NCBI GenBank assembly: GCA_963733325.1
Contig: CAVTCT010000006.1
Location: forward strand, 141,744-205,743
Reading direction: 5' to 3'
Source of the DNA: an uncultured Acidobacteriaceae bacterium
GTDB taxonomy: Bacteria; Acidobacteriota; Terriglobia; Terriglobales; Acidobacteriaceae
Length of the DNA: 64,000 bases
Below the pieces are notes generated by a model. That model did no database searches. It was not told where the DNA came from and was given only the letters and a program-made list of their open reading frames with translations. A program made the translations under genes and the position numbers. Below, piece by piece: positions 52,094-61,986 of the stretch; the stretch's first letter is position 1; each line of letters opens with the position of its first letter.

Positions 52094-53338
52094 ATGAAAT
52101 CCGAAATCATTGCAGTCGGCTCCGAAATGCTTACGCCGAACCGCCAGGACACCAACTCTCTTTACTTGACCGAAAAACTCAATGAGATCGGCGTTACGGT
52201 GGCCTTCAAGACGATTGTCGGTGACCGCAAGAAGGACCTCGTCGGCGTGATCCGCAATGCGCTGGCACGAACCGACATCATTATCTTGATGGGCGGCCTC
52301 GGGCCTACCGAGGACGACCTGACACGTGAAGCCGTCGCAGAGACTCTGTCGCTGAAGCTGAAGAGGGATGCCCCACAGGTGGCTGCGCTACACGCGCGCG
52401 CCGCAACATGGCGCATCACCATGCCTGAGAACAATCTCAAGCAGGCTGATCTCATCGAAGGCGCCACATTCCTCACCAATCCCAACGGAAGCGCGCCCGG
52501 CCAGTGGCTTGAGACCACTCACTCCGGCTATCGCAAGCTGATTATGCTCATCCCCGGGCCTCCCCACGAGTGCAGACCTTTATTTGATGAAGAGTGCCTG
52601 CCGCGACTGCGGGAGATCGTGCCCGAGCGCCATCTCGCCAGGCGGACTCTCAAGGCTGCCATGATCCCTGAGTCCCAGGCCGACAAGCTTCTCGCGCCGA
52701 TCTACACCACCTTCACCGATGTGGAGACGACGATCCTGGCGCACGCAGGCGATATCCAGCTCACACTGTTGTGCTCCAAGCCGAACAAGGAACTGGCCGA
52801 GCAGCGCGTCGAAGAACTCGCGACAAAGCTCGAGGAAGCACTCGATGACTGGATGTACTCCGCGGAGGGCGAGTCGCTCGAACAGATCGTCCTCTACTAT
52901 CTCGGACTGCGCCAGGCGACGTTGGCTGTCGCGGAAAGCTGTACTGGCGGCATGATCGCCCAGCGAATCACTTCCGTACCCGGCAGTTCGCGCTCGTTCC
53001 TGGGTGGCGTCGTGGTCTATTCGAACGAGATGAAGACCGCCTTTGCTGACGTGCCGGCGAAATTGATCGAGCAGCATGGCGCGGTTTCGTCGGAGGTGGC
53101 ATCGGCCCTGGCCGAAGGCATCCGAAAAAAGACCGGCGCAACCCTCGGCCTCGGAATAACTGGAATCGCCGGGCCCGGCGGAGCCACCGAAACCAAACCG
53201 GTGGGCCGTGTCTACATCGCCGTCAGCGACGACCAGAAGACCGACGCCTTCGAACGCAACTTTCGCGGAGATCGCAACCGCGTCCGCGAGTGGGCCAGCC
53301 AGCAGGCGCTCGACCTCGTGCGCCGCAAACTGATGTAG
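52094..53338 (+). CDS. cinA: competence/damage-inducible protein A (NMN deamidase domain)
   Basis: EIIAVGSE, GGLGPTEDDLT, AVAESCTGG, ITGIAGPGG. Confidence 0.95.
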   Translation: MKSEIIAVGSEMLTPNRQDTNSLYLTEKLNEIGVTVAFKTIVGDRKKDLVGVIRNALARTDIIILMGGLGPTEDDLTREAVAETLSLKLKRDAPQVAALHARAATWRITMPENNLKQADLIEGATFLTNPNGSAPGQWLETTHSGYRKLIMLIPGPPHECRPLFDEECLPRLREIVPERHLARRTLKAAMIPESQADKLLAPIYTTFTDVETTILAHAGDIQLTLLCSKPNKELAEQRVEELATKLEEALDDWMYSAEGESLEQIVLYYLGLRQATLAVAESCTGGMIAQRITSVPGSSRSFLGGVVVYSNEMKTAFADVPAKLIEQHGAVSSEVASALAEGIRKKTGATLGLGITGIAGPGGATETKPVGRVYIAVSDDQKTDAFERNFRGDRNRVREWASQQALDLVRRKLM

Positions 53339-53437
53339 GCAATTCGAAATTCGTAACAAATCTCTCACGGTCCCGAAAGTTGTGGATTATCCTCTCTGTT
53401 ACCGGGTGGATGCCCGCTTGGTCGATCGAGGTTCACC

Positions 53438-55324
53438 GTGAAAAATCAAACCTGCAAATTGCCCGTCGCCCTCACCGCTTCGGTCCTGATTGCTTTCTCA
53501 GTTACAGCCATGGCCCAAGCCTCCGGCACTGGCGAGAAGAAGAAGATTGCAACTGCCAACGATCTGCCGCGCTACAGCTACCCCATGGATCAGGCCCCCA
53601 GCGCATTTCTGCTCGCCGACGACGCCACATACAATGCCTTCGTTGCGAAGGTTCTCAGCGATGTCGATTCTGTATTGAACGACTACGACATCGAAGACAA
53701 GGCGACCCTGCGCGCCCTCTACGGATTCAAGGTCGATGCCGAATCGCTCACGGGCGAAAACGAGGCCGCGCTCAAATCCCTGCAGAAGCTGAAGGACCTT
53801 CAGGAGAAACCCGAGGCGAAGGCAACCTCCGGGATGTTGAGCGGTCCCGTCCTGAAAGCGCGAGTCTCATCGAACGCGACCAGCGGTCCAGCCTTCGACA
53901 CAGCCTTCAAAAGTGGCTTCCAGGCGAATGTCGACGCTCTCGATTGGCGGCTCGCGCAAGATACCGTGAAAGGGCTAAAAGGCAGCTTCGAACTCGCAAC
54001 ACCGAGCATGATTGCCGGAAGCGAAAAAGAAAGCCTTGACCCTGCAGCGGCAAAATCGAACACTGTCGATCTCAATGCCGCGGAATCGATGATCGGGGAC
54101 CGGGCCTTCATCAAGGTGTTCTACCCGCTGAAAGAGCAGGCCCTCCCGATCCTGACCGCCTATGTAGCAGCGCACAATGTGCAGAAGCCCGACATATGGG
54201 ACGGGCGCGAAGTCACCCTCACCGCGGACGACAAGCTCACGCCAGTGCGCATCGGCATCTGGGACTCAGGTGTGGACACGGCCCTCTATCCCAATCAGCT
54301 CTTCACAGATCCCGCTCCCGCATCTCATAGCCCGCACGGCCTCGCATTCGACATGCGCGGTGAGATTTACAACGGAGATCTGCAGCCGCTGACCCCGGAT
54401 TTGAAAAATGTATATCCCAAGGCAGTGGGACTCGAGCAGGGACTGAGCGACCTGTTCAACAGCATCGACTCCCCTGCTGCAACCGAGGCGAAAAAGACCC
54501 TGGGAACCATGCCTCCTGACCAGCTAGCCCCGTTTATGAAGCAGCTCGGTTTTCTTGGTCAATGGATGCATGGAACCCATGTGGCTGGAATCGCTGTGCG
54601 CGGAAATCCTGCCGCGCGGCTCGTCGTTGCTCAGTTCAACGACGCTCTGCCCGACCTGCCCTTTGAGCCAACTGTCGAGTGGGCGGAAAAGTTCAAGGCT
54701 TCTTTCCAGCAGGTTGGCGACTACTTCAGAACCAACAATGTTCGCGTTGTAAACATGAGCTGGGACGACGACGTAGCCGAATTTGAGCAGTGGCTCACCA
54801 AGACCAGCAGCGAGAAGGATCCTGCCGCCCGCAAGCAGGCTGCGCAAGCCGTTTACAAGGTCTGGCGTGAAGCCGTGGAAAACGCGATTCGCAGTGCTCC
54901 CAACACCCTGTTTGTGTGTGCTGCTGGAAACTCGGACAGCGATGCAGGATTCACAGAGGAAGTACCGGCAGGATTGCATCTGCCCAATCTCATCGCGGTC
55001 GGCGCTGTGGACCAGGCAGGCGAAGAAACCTCATTCACAAGCTACGGAGAAACGGTGGTTGTCGACGCCGACGGTTACCAGGTGGAGAGCTACGTGCCCG
55101 GCGGAACGAAGCTCAAGATGTCGGGTACGTCGATGGCCTCTCCGAATGTTGTAAACCTGGCGGCCAAGCTGATCGCGCTCAATCCTTCTCTCACCCCGCA
55201 GGAAACAATCGCGCTCATCAGGAGAGGTGCTGACAAGAGCGCTGACGACCGCAGAAACCTCATCAATCCCAAAGCCACGGTTGGGTTGTTAAGACAAGGA
55301 AAATTGGAGAGCGGATCACGATAA
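53438..55324 (+). CDS. secreted subtilisin-like S8 peptidase
   Basis: Catalytic triad IWDSGVD, HGTHVAG, SGTSMASP; AAGN; signal peptide. Confidence 0.92.
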   Translation: MKNQTCKLPVALTASVLIAFSVTAMAQASGTGEKKKIATANDLPRYSYPMDQAPSAFLLADDATYNAFVAKVLSDVDSVLNDYDIEDKATLRALYGFKVDAESLTGENEAALKSLQKLKDLQEKPEAKATSGMLSGPVLKARVSSNATSGPAFDTAFKSGFQANVDALDWRLAQDTVKGLKGSFELATPSMIAGSEKESLDPAAAKSNTVDLNAAESMIGDRAFIKVFYPLKEQALPILTAYVAAHNVQKPDIWDGREVTLTADDKLTPVRIGIWDSGVDTALYPNQLFTDPAPASHSPHGLAFDMRGEIYNGDLQPLTPDLKNVYPKAVGLEQGLSDLFNSIDSPAATEAKKTLGTMPPDQLAPFMKQLGFLGQWMHGTHVAGIAVRGNPAARLVVAQFNDALPDLPFEPTVEWAEKFKASFQQVGDYFRTNNVRVVNMSWDDDVAEFEQWLTKTSSEKDPAARKQAAQAVYKVWREAVENAIRSAPNTLFVCAAGNSDSDAGFTEEVPAGLHLPNLIAVGAVDQAGEETSFTSYGETVVVDADGYQVESYVPGGTKLKMSGTSMASPNVVNLAAKLIALNPSLTPQETIALIRRGADKSADDRRNLINPKATVGLLRQGKLESGSR

Positions 55325-55391
55325 TTCGAGTCTCGACGCTTCAAACAGAACCAAACTTCGATCGTTGATTTCAAGGAAAGGAGATTTCCCC

Positions 55392-56339
55392 ATGCCTCTG
55401 CCGAATGACGAACGCGTCGTCGCTCTCGCCAACGATCTGCTTGCGCAGTTTCACACGATGTTCGGTCCGCATCCTGGTTTTCGTCCCGCACACGCAAAGG
55501 GCCTGATGCTCCGCGGGACTTTTCGTCCCGCTTCGGGCGCCACGTCTCTGACCAAAGCTGAGCACACTACGCGCGAGTCAACACCCGTCACGGTGCGGTT
55601 TTCCAACTCGACAGGCATTCCAACCATCCCGGACAATTCGCCCGATGCCAATCCGCGCGGCTTCGCCATTCGCTTCAACCTCGCCGAGCATGTACACACC
55701 GATATCGTCAGCCACTCCACGGATGGCTTCCCCGCGCGCAACGCCACAGAATTCCTTGAATTCTTGAGAACGGCAGGAGCCAGCGGACCTGAGGTTCCTT
55801 CGCCCAAACCTATCGAACGTTTTCTGGGCTCGCATCCGGCAGCGCTCCGATTCGTGCAAGCGCCCAAACCATTTCCCTCAAGCCTCGCCCGCGAAACCTA
55901 TTTCGCCGTGACCGCGTTTCGTTTTACCAACGCGCAGGGCGAAAGTAAATACGGTCGCTATCGCATCGTTCCCGAAGCTGGAAATGACTATCTGGCTGAC
56001 GCTGATGTCGCACGGCTTACTCCCGATTATCACTATGAAGAACTTGGGCGCAAGGTCAAACGGGCTCCGATCCGCTTCAAGGTGCTTGTGCAGATTGCAG
56101 CGGCAGACGACGTCACCGATGACGCAACCGTCCACTGGCCGGAGAGCCGTAAACTGGTCGAACTCGGCACCATCGAACTCACTGGCGCTCTCGAAGATAC
56201 CCCCGCGCAACAGAAGCAGATCATCTTCGACCCCATTCCACGTTTGGATGGCATAGAGCCTTCCTCCGACCCTCTGCTGGAGTTGCGAGCAGCCATTTAT
56301 CTGCTCAGCGGACGCGAGCGTCGCGCAGCCAAAGCCTAA
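55392..56339 (+). CDS. catalase-related peroxidase (SrpA-like)
   Basis: GFRPAHAKG, VRFSN, RGFAIRF, DPLLELRAAIY. Confidence 0.88.
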   Translation: MPLPNDERVVALANDLLAQFHTMFGPHPGFRPAHAKGLMLRGTFRPASGATSLTKAEHTTRESTPVTVRFSNSTGIPTIPDNSPDANPRGFAIRFNLAEHVHTDIVSHSTDGFPARNATEFLEFLRTAGASGPEVPSPKPIERFLGSHPAALRFVQAPKPFPSSLARETYFAVTAFRFTNAQGESKYGRYRIVPEAGNDYLADADVARLTPDYHYEELGRKVKRAPIRFKVLVQIAAADDVTDDATVHWPESRKLVELGTIELTGALEDTPAQQKQIIFDPIPRLDGIEPSSDPLLELRAAIYLLSGRERRAAKA

Positions 56340-56409
56340 CCCAATCAGTTCACGCAGATCCTCATGCTCGGTTGACGCAATCACGTGCGCTTTGAAAAAC
56401 TCGCGGTAT

Positions 56410-57120
56410 ATGCAATACAGCGGCAGGGTTGAATATGCGGACGCCCGTAAAATGCGCACCCGCAACAAGCGATACTACCGGGTGCTTCACTGGCCTATCT
56501 GGATCTGGGTCTTTTTCCTGGCGCCCGGCCCCCTCGTCTTCAGCCTCTTTGCGCATGGCTTCAGCACCGCCAACGCCGCCTGGCTGGCGGTTGTCCTTAT
56601 CGGGACCGGAATCGCCGGACTCTTCGGCCAGTTGCCGGGAGTCGAGCCCGCGCCCTACATCCTGCGCTTCGACGAGGACCGTCCGAATCCCCTCTATCGC
56701 AAAGTCTGCTATACCTTCGCATGGAACGCCGTCCTGAACTTCGTCTTGTTGAACCTCGCCGGCCTCGTCATCGCCGTGATCACCGGCGTCTGGACCATGA
56801 AGCAGCTTTACCAGTACGTCTACTTCCCACTCTGCATCCTGATTCTGCTGCTCGGCGCGCTGGGAAAATTGCCCCGCGTAGGCAAATCAACAAAGAATGA
56901 AGGCACTGAGCGGCGCTATTTCTACGGATCGGTGTGGGCAGTCACCATTTCGCAGACCCTGCTACTGGTGCTTTGGAAAACGCTACCGCTCACCCGAACA
57001 GGAAGCCTCGTCAAGCTCGTCATCTATGCCGCCACACTCTTCGCGATAGGCGCAGCAGCCTACAACGGCGCGCTTCCGCGCACTCGGCCGATTCTTCCCG
57101 GCGAAGTGATGGTGGATTAA
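56410..57120 (+). CDS. hypothetical polytopic membrane protein
   Basis: About 6 hydrophobic segments, genome-typical codon use. Confidence 0.7.
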   Translation: MQYSGRVEYADARKMRTRNKRYYRVLHWPIWIWVFFLAPGPLVFSLFAHGFSTANAAWLAVVLIGTGIAGLFGQLPGVEPAPYILRFDEDRPNPLYRKVCYTFAWNAVLNFVLLNLAGLVIAVITGVWTMKQLYQYVYFPLCILILLLGALGKLPRVGKSTKNEGTERRYFYGSVWAVTISQTLLLVLWKTLPLTRTGSLVKLVIYAATLFAIGAAAYNGALPRTRPILPGEVMVD

Positions 57121-57192
57121 GCCTCAAAGCAGTTCAAATGAAATGGCCGGCGGATGAAAAACCGCGAGCCATTCTCACCGCATTCGGAAAAG

Positions 57193-57522
57193 CTACTTCG
57201 GCGCGACTGGTTTGTAACCTGAACCACTTGCCTTCTTCATCGCTGCGATCCCGTCCTCCACTGAGAGCAAAGGAGTCGTCTTGACGGCACTGCACGAACC
57301 ACCAGCACTGATGGCCATGGCGAAAGCTGCTGCGCTTACGTCATCGGGCATCTCAACCAGCACCACGGTGTCATAGTCGCCAAACGTCAGCCACGCCGAC
57401 TTCAGAGAACCGCCAAGCTTTGCGACTGCCTTACCCACCACTGTTGCACGATCCTGAGGTTTTTTCAGCATCGCCGCCATGGCCTCTGAGGTATACGCGA
57501 CCTGTACAAGATAACTGGGCAT
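57193..57522 (-). CDS. GYD domain protein
   Basis: YTSEA..PQDR..LGG..FGDYD..TTPLL. Confidence 0.82.
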   Translation of the reverse strand: MPSYLVQVAYTSEAMAAMLKKPQDRATVVGKAVAKLGGSLKSAWLTFGDYDTVVLVEMPDDVSAAAFAMAISAGGSCSAVKTTPLLSVEDGIAAMKKASGSGYKPVAPK

Positions 57523-57612
57523 ACATTTCCGCCTTTCAAGATGAATTCAGACCTGGGTCCCAGGAGAGGGGTGAAGTATACAGCCGCGGCGAAACAACTG
57601 GCGCAGGAATCT

Positions 57613-58578
57613 TCAGGCTGGTTTGGCCACTGCTGCCACCTCCGCTGCCTCTGCTTCAACCCATCGCCGCAAGCTCTCCGGCTCCAGAACTGAGACCGTC
57701 GCCCCCAGTCCGAGCACGATAAACTGTGCCTCCCGTTCGTTGTCGAAATCAACCTGCAGCACCATCTTTCCTGCGTCGGCTTTGCGAGACACGGCCCCCG
57801 CAGGGGCAGGTTTGGTAACGCACCATGCTTGAACTCGCCGAGCCGCATCCGATGTAAGTAAGAGAACGGTGTGGTAGGTCGATCTTTTGCGAACCAGTTC
57901 GGCAGTCGAGGCCCGCCAATGCTCCGCCAGGTCAAAGCGCGCCGGCCGTTCGAATCCCACAGCCAGCACAGCCACACGTTTCATCCGCGAGACACGGAAC
58001 GTGCGCATGCCATTCGCAGTGCGCGCAACAACGTACCAGTGGAGCCCCTTTGAAACCAGCCCCAGCGGGTCCACGGTCCTGCTCGATTGCTCGCCATCCG
58101 CCCGCGTATAGTCGAACGTCAACTTCCGATCGCGTGCCACTGCATCCTGCACCACGGACAGCATCGACAGATCCTCACCCGTATCGCGCCACCCTGTCGG
58201 ATCCACATGAAGCCGCTGCTGCAAATGCGCTGCCTGCGCCTTCATTGGCTCCGGCATCGCCGCCATCAGCTTGTTCAACGCGCTTTGGGCCGCTGCTGCA
58301 AGCCGTGGGTTGCCAAGCCCGCGCGGCTGGGCCATCAGCAGCGCATGTAATTCGGCTTCGTCAAGGCCTGGAACATGCGTCCGCCAGCCCTTCTCTAGTT
58401 GCCAACCGCCCTGAGCACCGCGCATGGCAGACACGGGAATGCGCGCCGCGCTCAGAGATTCCAGATCGCGATGAATGGTACGCTGCGAGACCTCCAGTTG
58501 CTCGGCCAATTCGCGCTCTGTAACCTGCCCCCGTGCCTGGAGCAGCAGAAGCACAGACATCAGTCGATCAGCCTTCAT
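57613..58578 (-). CDS. HTH + WYL domain transcriptional regulator (YafY-like)
   Basis: MKADRLMSVLLLLQ, LEVSQRTIHRDLESL, VDPLGLV..WYVVA..RTFRVSR. Confidence 0.93.
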   Translation of the reverse strand: MKADRLMSVLLLLQARGQVTERELAEQLEVSQRTIHRDLESLSAARIPVSAMRGAQGGWQLEKGWRTHVPGLDEAELHALLMAQPRGLGNPRLAAAAQSALNKLMAAMPEPMKAQAAHLQQRLHVDPTGWRDTGEDLSMLSVVQDAVARDRKLTFDYTRADGEQSSRTVDPLGLVSKGLHWYVVARTANGMRTFRVSRMKRVAVLAVGFERPARFDLAEHWRASTAELVRKRSTYHTVLLLTSDAARRVQAWCVTKPAPAGAVSRKADAGKMVLQVDFDNEREAQFIVLGLGATVSVLEPESLRRWVEAEAAEVAAVAKPA

Positions 58579-58618
58579 CGGTTCTCCGATTTTCTCAACT
58601 TTTTTACTTTCTCAAATC

Positions 58619-58643
58619 ATATATGACATTGCTTGTCATATAT
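58619..58643. promoter_or_regulatory. palindromic operator, probably bound by the WYL regulator
   Basis: ATATATGACA-TTGCT-TGTCATATAT, perfect 10-bp arms between divergent genes. Confidence 0.8.
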
Positions 58644-58682
58644 CGAGAGAGATGATGATTTTGTGGATGGAGGTCGCTTCAG

Positions 58683-59306
58683 ATGAGCGGTCGCAATGTT
58701 TACCTTTTCGTATTCGACTCGATGGCAGACTGGGAAGCGGCGTTTGCCATCGCAGGCATCAATAATCCCCAGTTTCAGCGCGCGCCCGGCCGGTATCGCG
58801 TCGTCACCGTCGGCACCTCCAGAGAGCCGGTGACCACCATGGGAGGCTTGCGCATCATGCCCGAGACCACCCTGTCCGAGATTGACCCGGATCAGAGCGC
58901 GATGCTCATCCTTCCCGGCGGCGACCGGTGGGAATCGTGCGGCAATGCCGATGCAGTCGAACTCGCTCGTGTGTTCTTTGTCGAAGGCGTACCCGTCGCA
59001 GCCATCTGCGGCGCAACCCTGGCCCTGGCTCGCGCAGGAATGCTCGACGATTTTCACCACACCAGCAACAGCCGTGAATATCTGGCTGCGAGCGGCTATC
59101 GAGGAGGCAAGTTCTACTGCGATGTCCCGGCTATCACCGACGAAGGCGTGATCACTGCATCCGGCATTGCTCCGATCGAGTTTGCCCGCGAGATCTTCCG
59201 CGCTCTCGGCATCTACGACAAGCAGGCCCTCGATGCGTGGTACGCCCTATTCCGATTCGGCGACGCATCGCGTTATTTCGAATTGTCGAATTGCGTTGCT
59301 CAATAA
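58683..59306 (+). CDS. DJ-1/PfpI family protein
   Basis: ADWE, TMGGL, LILPGG, AAICG, ITASG. Confidence 0.9.
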   Translation: MSGRNVYLFVFDSMADWEAAFAIAGINNPQFQRAPGRYRVVTVGTSREPVTTMGGLRIMPETTLSEIDPDQSAMLILPGGDRWESCGNADAVELARVFFVEGVPVAAICGATLALARAGMLDDFHHTSNSREYLAASGYRGGKFYCDVPAITDEGVITASGIAPIEFAREIFRALGIYDKQALDAWYALFRFGDASRYFELSNCVAQ

Positions 59307-59357
59307 CGATGTCTTTCCAAAACTTGCAACCGCAAGGCTCATCCAAGGAGAACGCCC

Positions 59358-59864
59358 ATGATCCTCAAAGACTTCTTTCTCGCCCAACTCGACCGCGAGG
59401 CAGCATCCACCCGCAAAGCCATTGAGCGCGTACCCGACGGCCACAACAGTTTCAAGCCTCACGAGCGCTCGATGGAGCTTGGCTACCTCGCCGCACTGGT
59501 TGCCGGAATGTTGGGCTGGATCGCGCTCATGATCGACCGCGATGAACTCAACCTCGACGCGGCCGAGTCGGATGGCTTTCGCACCAAACCCCTCGCAGGA
59601 AAAGCAGACCTGCTGGCCAGCCTCGACACCGCCGTAGCCAATGCCCGGCGCGCTCTCCAGTCCACCACCGACGAGCATCTTGCCACGCCGTGGGCCTTCA
59701 AGATGGGCGGCAAGACCGTTTCTGAGAACGCGCGCAGCATCATGATCTCCGACGCCGTCTTCAGTCATCTCGCCCATCACCGTGGCCAGCTCACCGTCTA
59801 TCTGCGCCTCGTTGAATCCAAGGTGCCCGCTCTCTACGGACCCTCCGCGGATGAGTACATGTGA
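59358..59864 (+). CDS. DinB family protein
   Basis: KPHERSM, HLAHHRGQLTVYLR..VPALYGPSADE. Confidence 0.9.
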   Translation: MILKDFFLAQLDREAASTRKAIERVPDGHNSFKPHERSMELGYLAALVAGMLGWIALMIDRDELNLDAAESDGFRTKPLAGKADLLASLDTAVANARRALQSTTDEHLATPWAFKMGGKTVSENARSIMISDAVFSHLAHHRGQLTVYLRLVESKVPALYGPSADEYM

Positions 59865-59931
59865 GCAGTGGCTAGCAAGGAAAGCCGGGTCTCAAATTCA
59901 TACCGCCTTACCTGCTAAACTCTGTTTGGTC

Positions 59932-60576
59932 ATGATCCTCGCAAGTTTCGTAATTGTGGCGCTCTCTTACCTGCTGGGGTCCATTCCGACGGGCTACCTG
60001 CTGGTCAAGCTGTTTCGCCACGAAGATATTCGGTCCGTTGGAAGCGGCAATATCGGAGCAACCAATGTGCTTCGTTCCGGCGGAAAGGGCCTCGGCGCCG
60101 CGACCTTTCTGCTCGATGTGCTGAAGGGCGCGGCCGCTGTCTGGCTGGGCTCGCTGCTGGCTTCCATCCTGCTGCCCTCCATGCCGTTCCGCGATGCACA
60201 GGCCCTGGCTGCCGTTTCCGCCGTTCTCGGACACATGTTCCCTGTCTGGCTGCGCTTTCGCGGCGGCAAAGGAGTCGCCACCGGATTTGGCGTCTTCCTG
60301 GTTGCGGCCCCGCTGGCAGCTTTGGCCGCTATCGGACTCTTCGCGTTGGTCCTGTTGCTGAGCCGCTACGTTTCGCTTGGCTCGATCCTTGGTGCAGCCA
60401 GCTTTCCCATATCTGCCTGGTTCCTCGTACACGGAGACAAGCCCGCACCCTATATTGCCGCACAGATCTTTGTCGTGCTCTTGATCATCCTCAAACATCA
60501 CCAGAACATTCGCCGCCTCCTCACAGGGACTGAAAACCGCTTCGGCACACACACGCAAGAGGGGAAGACCGCATGA
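59932..60576 (+). CDS. plsY: glycerol-3-phosphate 1-O-acyltransferase
   Basis: YLLGSIP, GSGNIGATN, GHMFP..GGKGVAT, HHQNIRRL. Confidence 0.95.
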   Translation: MILASFVIVALSYLLGSIPTGYLLVKLFRHEDIRSVGSGNIGATNVLRSGGKGLGAATFLLDVLKGAAAVWLGSLLASILLPSMPFRDAQALAAVSAVLGHMFPVWLRFRGGKGVATGFGVFLVAAPLAALAAIGLFALVLLLSRYVSLGSILGAASFPISAWFLVHGDKPAPYIAAQIFVVLLIILKHHQNIRRLLTGTENRFGTHTQEGKTA

Positions 60577-61580
60577 GCCGAATTGTCGTGCTTGGTGCAG
60601 GCGCATGGGGAACTGCGATTGCTTTGTCGCTCAGCCGTCGCGGCGGCCACGAAGTAACCCTCTGGGCACACAATCCAGAGGAGGCGCGTGTCATCAACGG
60701 CGCCCGCGAAAACACATTGTTCCTGCCGGGATCCCCGCTGCCGGCGGACCTGGCCGTTACCGCGGAGATGGCGCCGATTGAATCGGCCGACATTGTCGTC
60801 TCGGTCATTCCTTCTGAATTTCTCCGCTCCACGTTGCAGCGCGTCAAGACCCACCTGCACAACGGACAGTTCGTCGTGAGCGCCACCAAGGGCATCGAAA
60901 AGGAGACCTACCTGCGCATGACCCAGGTGATCTCCGAGAACCTTGAGCCCGCCGGACTCCTGCTCTCGATCGGCGCTTTCTCCGGTCCGAGTTTTGCGAT
61001 TGAAGTGGCCCAGGGCCAGCCCACTGCCGTCACCGTTGCCTTCAGCGATCCGCAAATCGCCATCCTCATCCAGCAGGAATTCTCATCCGAAACGCTGCGG
61101 CTTTACTCGTCTACAGACGTGATTGGCGTAGAACTGGGCGGCGCGCTCAAGAATGTGATTGCCATCGCGGCTGGTGTCGCAGCCGGCGTAGGCCTTGGCC
61201 ATAATTCGACAGCAGCGCTCATCACCCGTGGCATCGCCGAGATTACGCGGCTCGCGGTCGCGTGCGGTGGACGGCGCGAAACGCTTGCAGGGCTCAGCGG
61301 CACAGGCGATCTGGTGCTTACCTGCACGGGCTCTCTCTCGCGCAACCGAACCGTTGGCCAGGCACTCGGCCAGGGACGCAAACTCCCCGAGATCCTCGAA
61401 AGCCTCGGCGGCAAAGTCGCTGAAGGCGTGCTGACCACGCGCGCCGCCCTCGGATTGGCGCGCAGCCAAGGCATCGAGATGCCGATTACCGAGCAGATGG
61501 AGCTGATCCTCGAAAAGGGCAAAGACCCGCGCGAAGCGATTCGCGAGCTCATGCTAAGGCCAGGCAAGGGCGAGCACTGA
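60573..61580 (+). CDS. gpsA: NAD(P)H-dependent glycerol-3-phosphate dehydrogenase
   Basis: GAGAWGTA, SGPSFA, GGALKNVIAI, GDLVLTC..SRN. Confidence 0.96.
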   Translation: MSRIVVLGAGAWGTAIALSLSRRGGHEVTLWAHNPEEARVINGARENTLFLPGSPLPADLAVTAEMAPIESADIVVSVIPSEFLRSTLQRVKTHLHNGQFVVSATKGIEKETYLRMTQVISENLEPAGLLLSIGAFSGPSFAIEVAQGQPTAVTVAFSDPQIAILIQQEFSSETLRLYSSTDVIGVELGGALKNVIAIAAGVAAGVGLGHNSTAALITRGIAEITRLAVACGGRRETLAGLSGTGDLVLTCTGSLSRNRTVGQALGQGRKLPEILESLGGKVAEGVLTTRAALGLARSQGIEMPITEQMELILEKGKDPREAIRELMLRPGKGEH

Positions 61581-61602
61581 TACCCATCAGATTGCTGTTC
61601 CG

Positions 61603-61917
61603 CTATCCCCCCGCAATCGCTCCAATAATCAGCAACGGTTCCTTTCCGACCGCCACTGATTCCGGTAACAGCTCATCGGGCGACTGCAGCGACAAGTCTT
61701 CTTCACATGCAAAGAAGCGCAGAAACGGCCGCCGCTGGAGTGTGTCGTGATCGCGAATGGTTCCGCAAAGCATGGGATAGCGCGCCTCCAGCGCATCCAG
61801 CACCGAGCGAAGCGTAACCGGAGCCGCCACCTCCAGCGCGACATCGCCATCAATGCGAGCGAGATTCCGCAGATGATACGGAATCTGCACGCGTACATTG
61901 TGGACCGAGTCAGGCAT
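61603..61917 (-). CDS. MoaD/ThiS-family ubiquitin-like protein
   Basis: Beta-grasp pattern IPYHLR..LDALEARYP..RPFLRFF, C-terminal AIAGG. Confidence 0.88.
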   Translation of the reverse strand: MPDSVHNVRVQIPYHLRNLARIDGDVALEVAAPVTLRSVLDALEARYPMLCGTIRDHDTLQRRPFLRFFACEEDLSLQSPDELLPESVAVGKEPLLIIGAIAGG

Positions 61918-61986
61918 CGTGAGTTACTGCATCTCTCATTTCTGCGACGCGCGGCGCCGAAGGCGCGTCTGCCCCACCGCGGGTGG

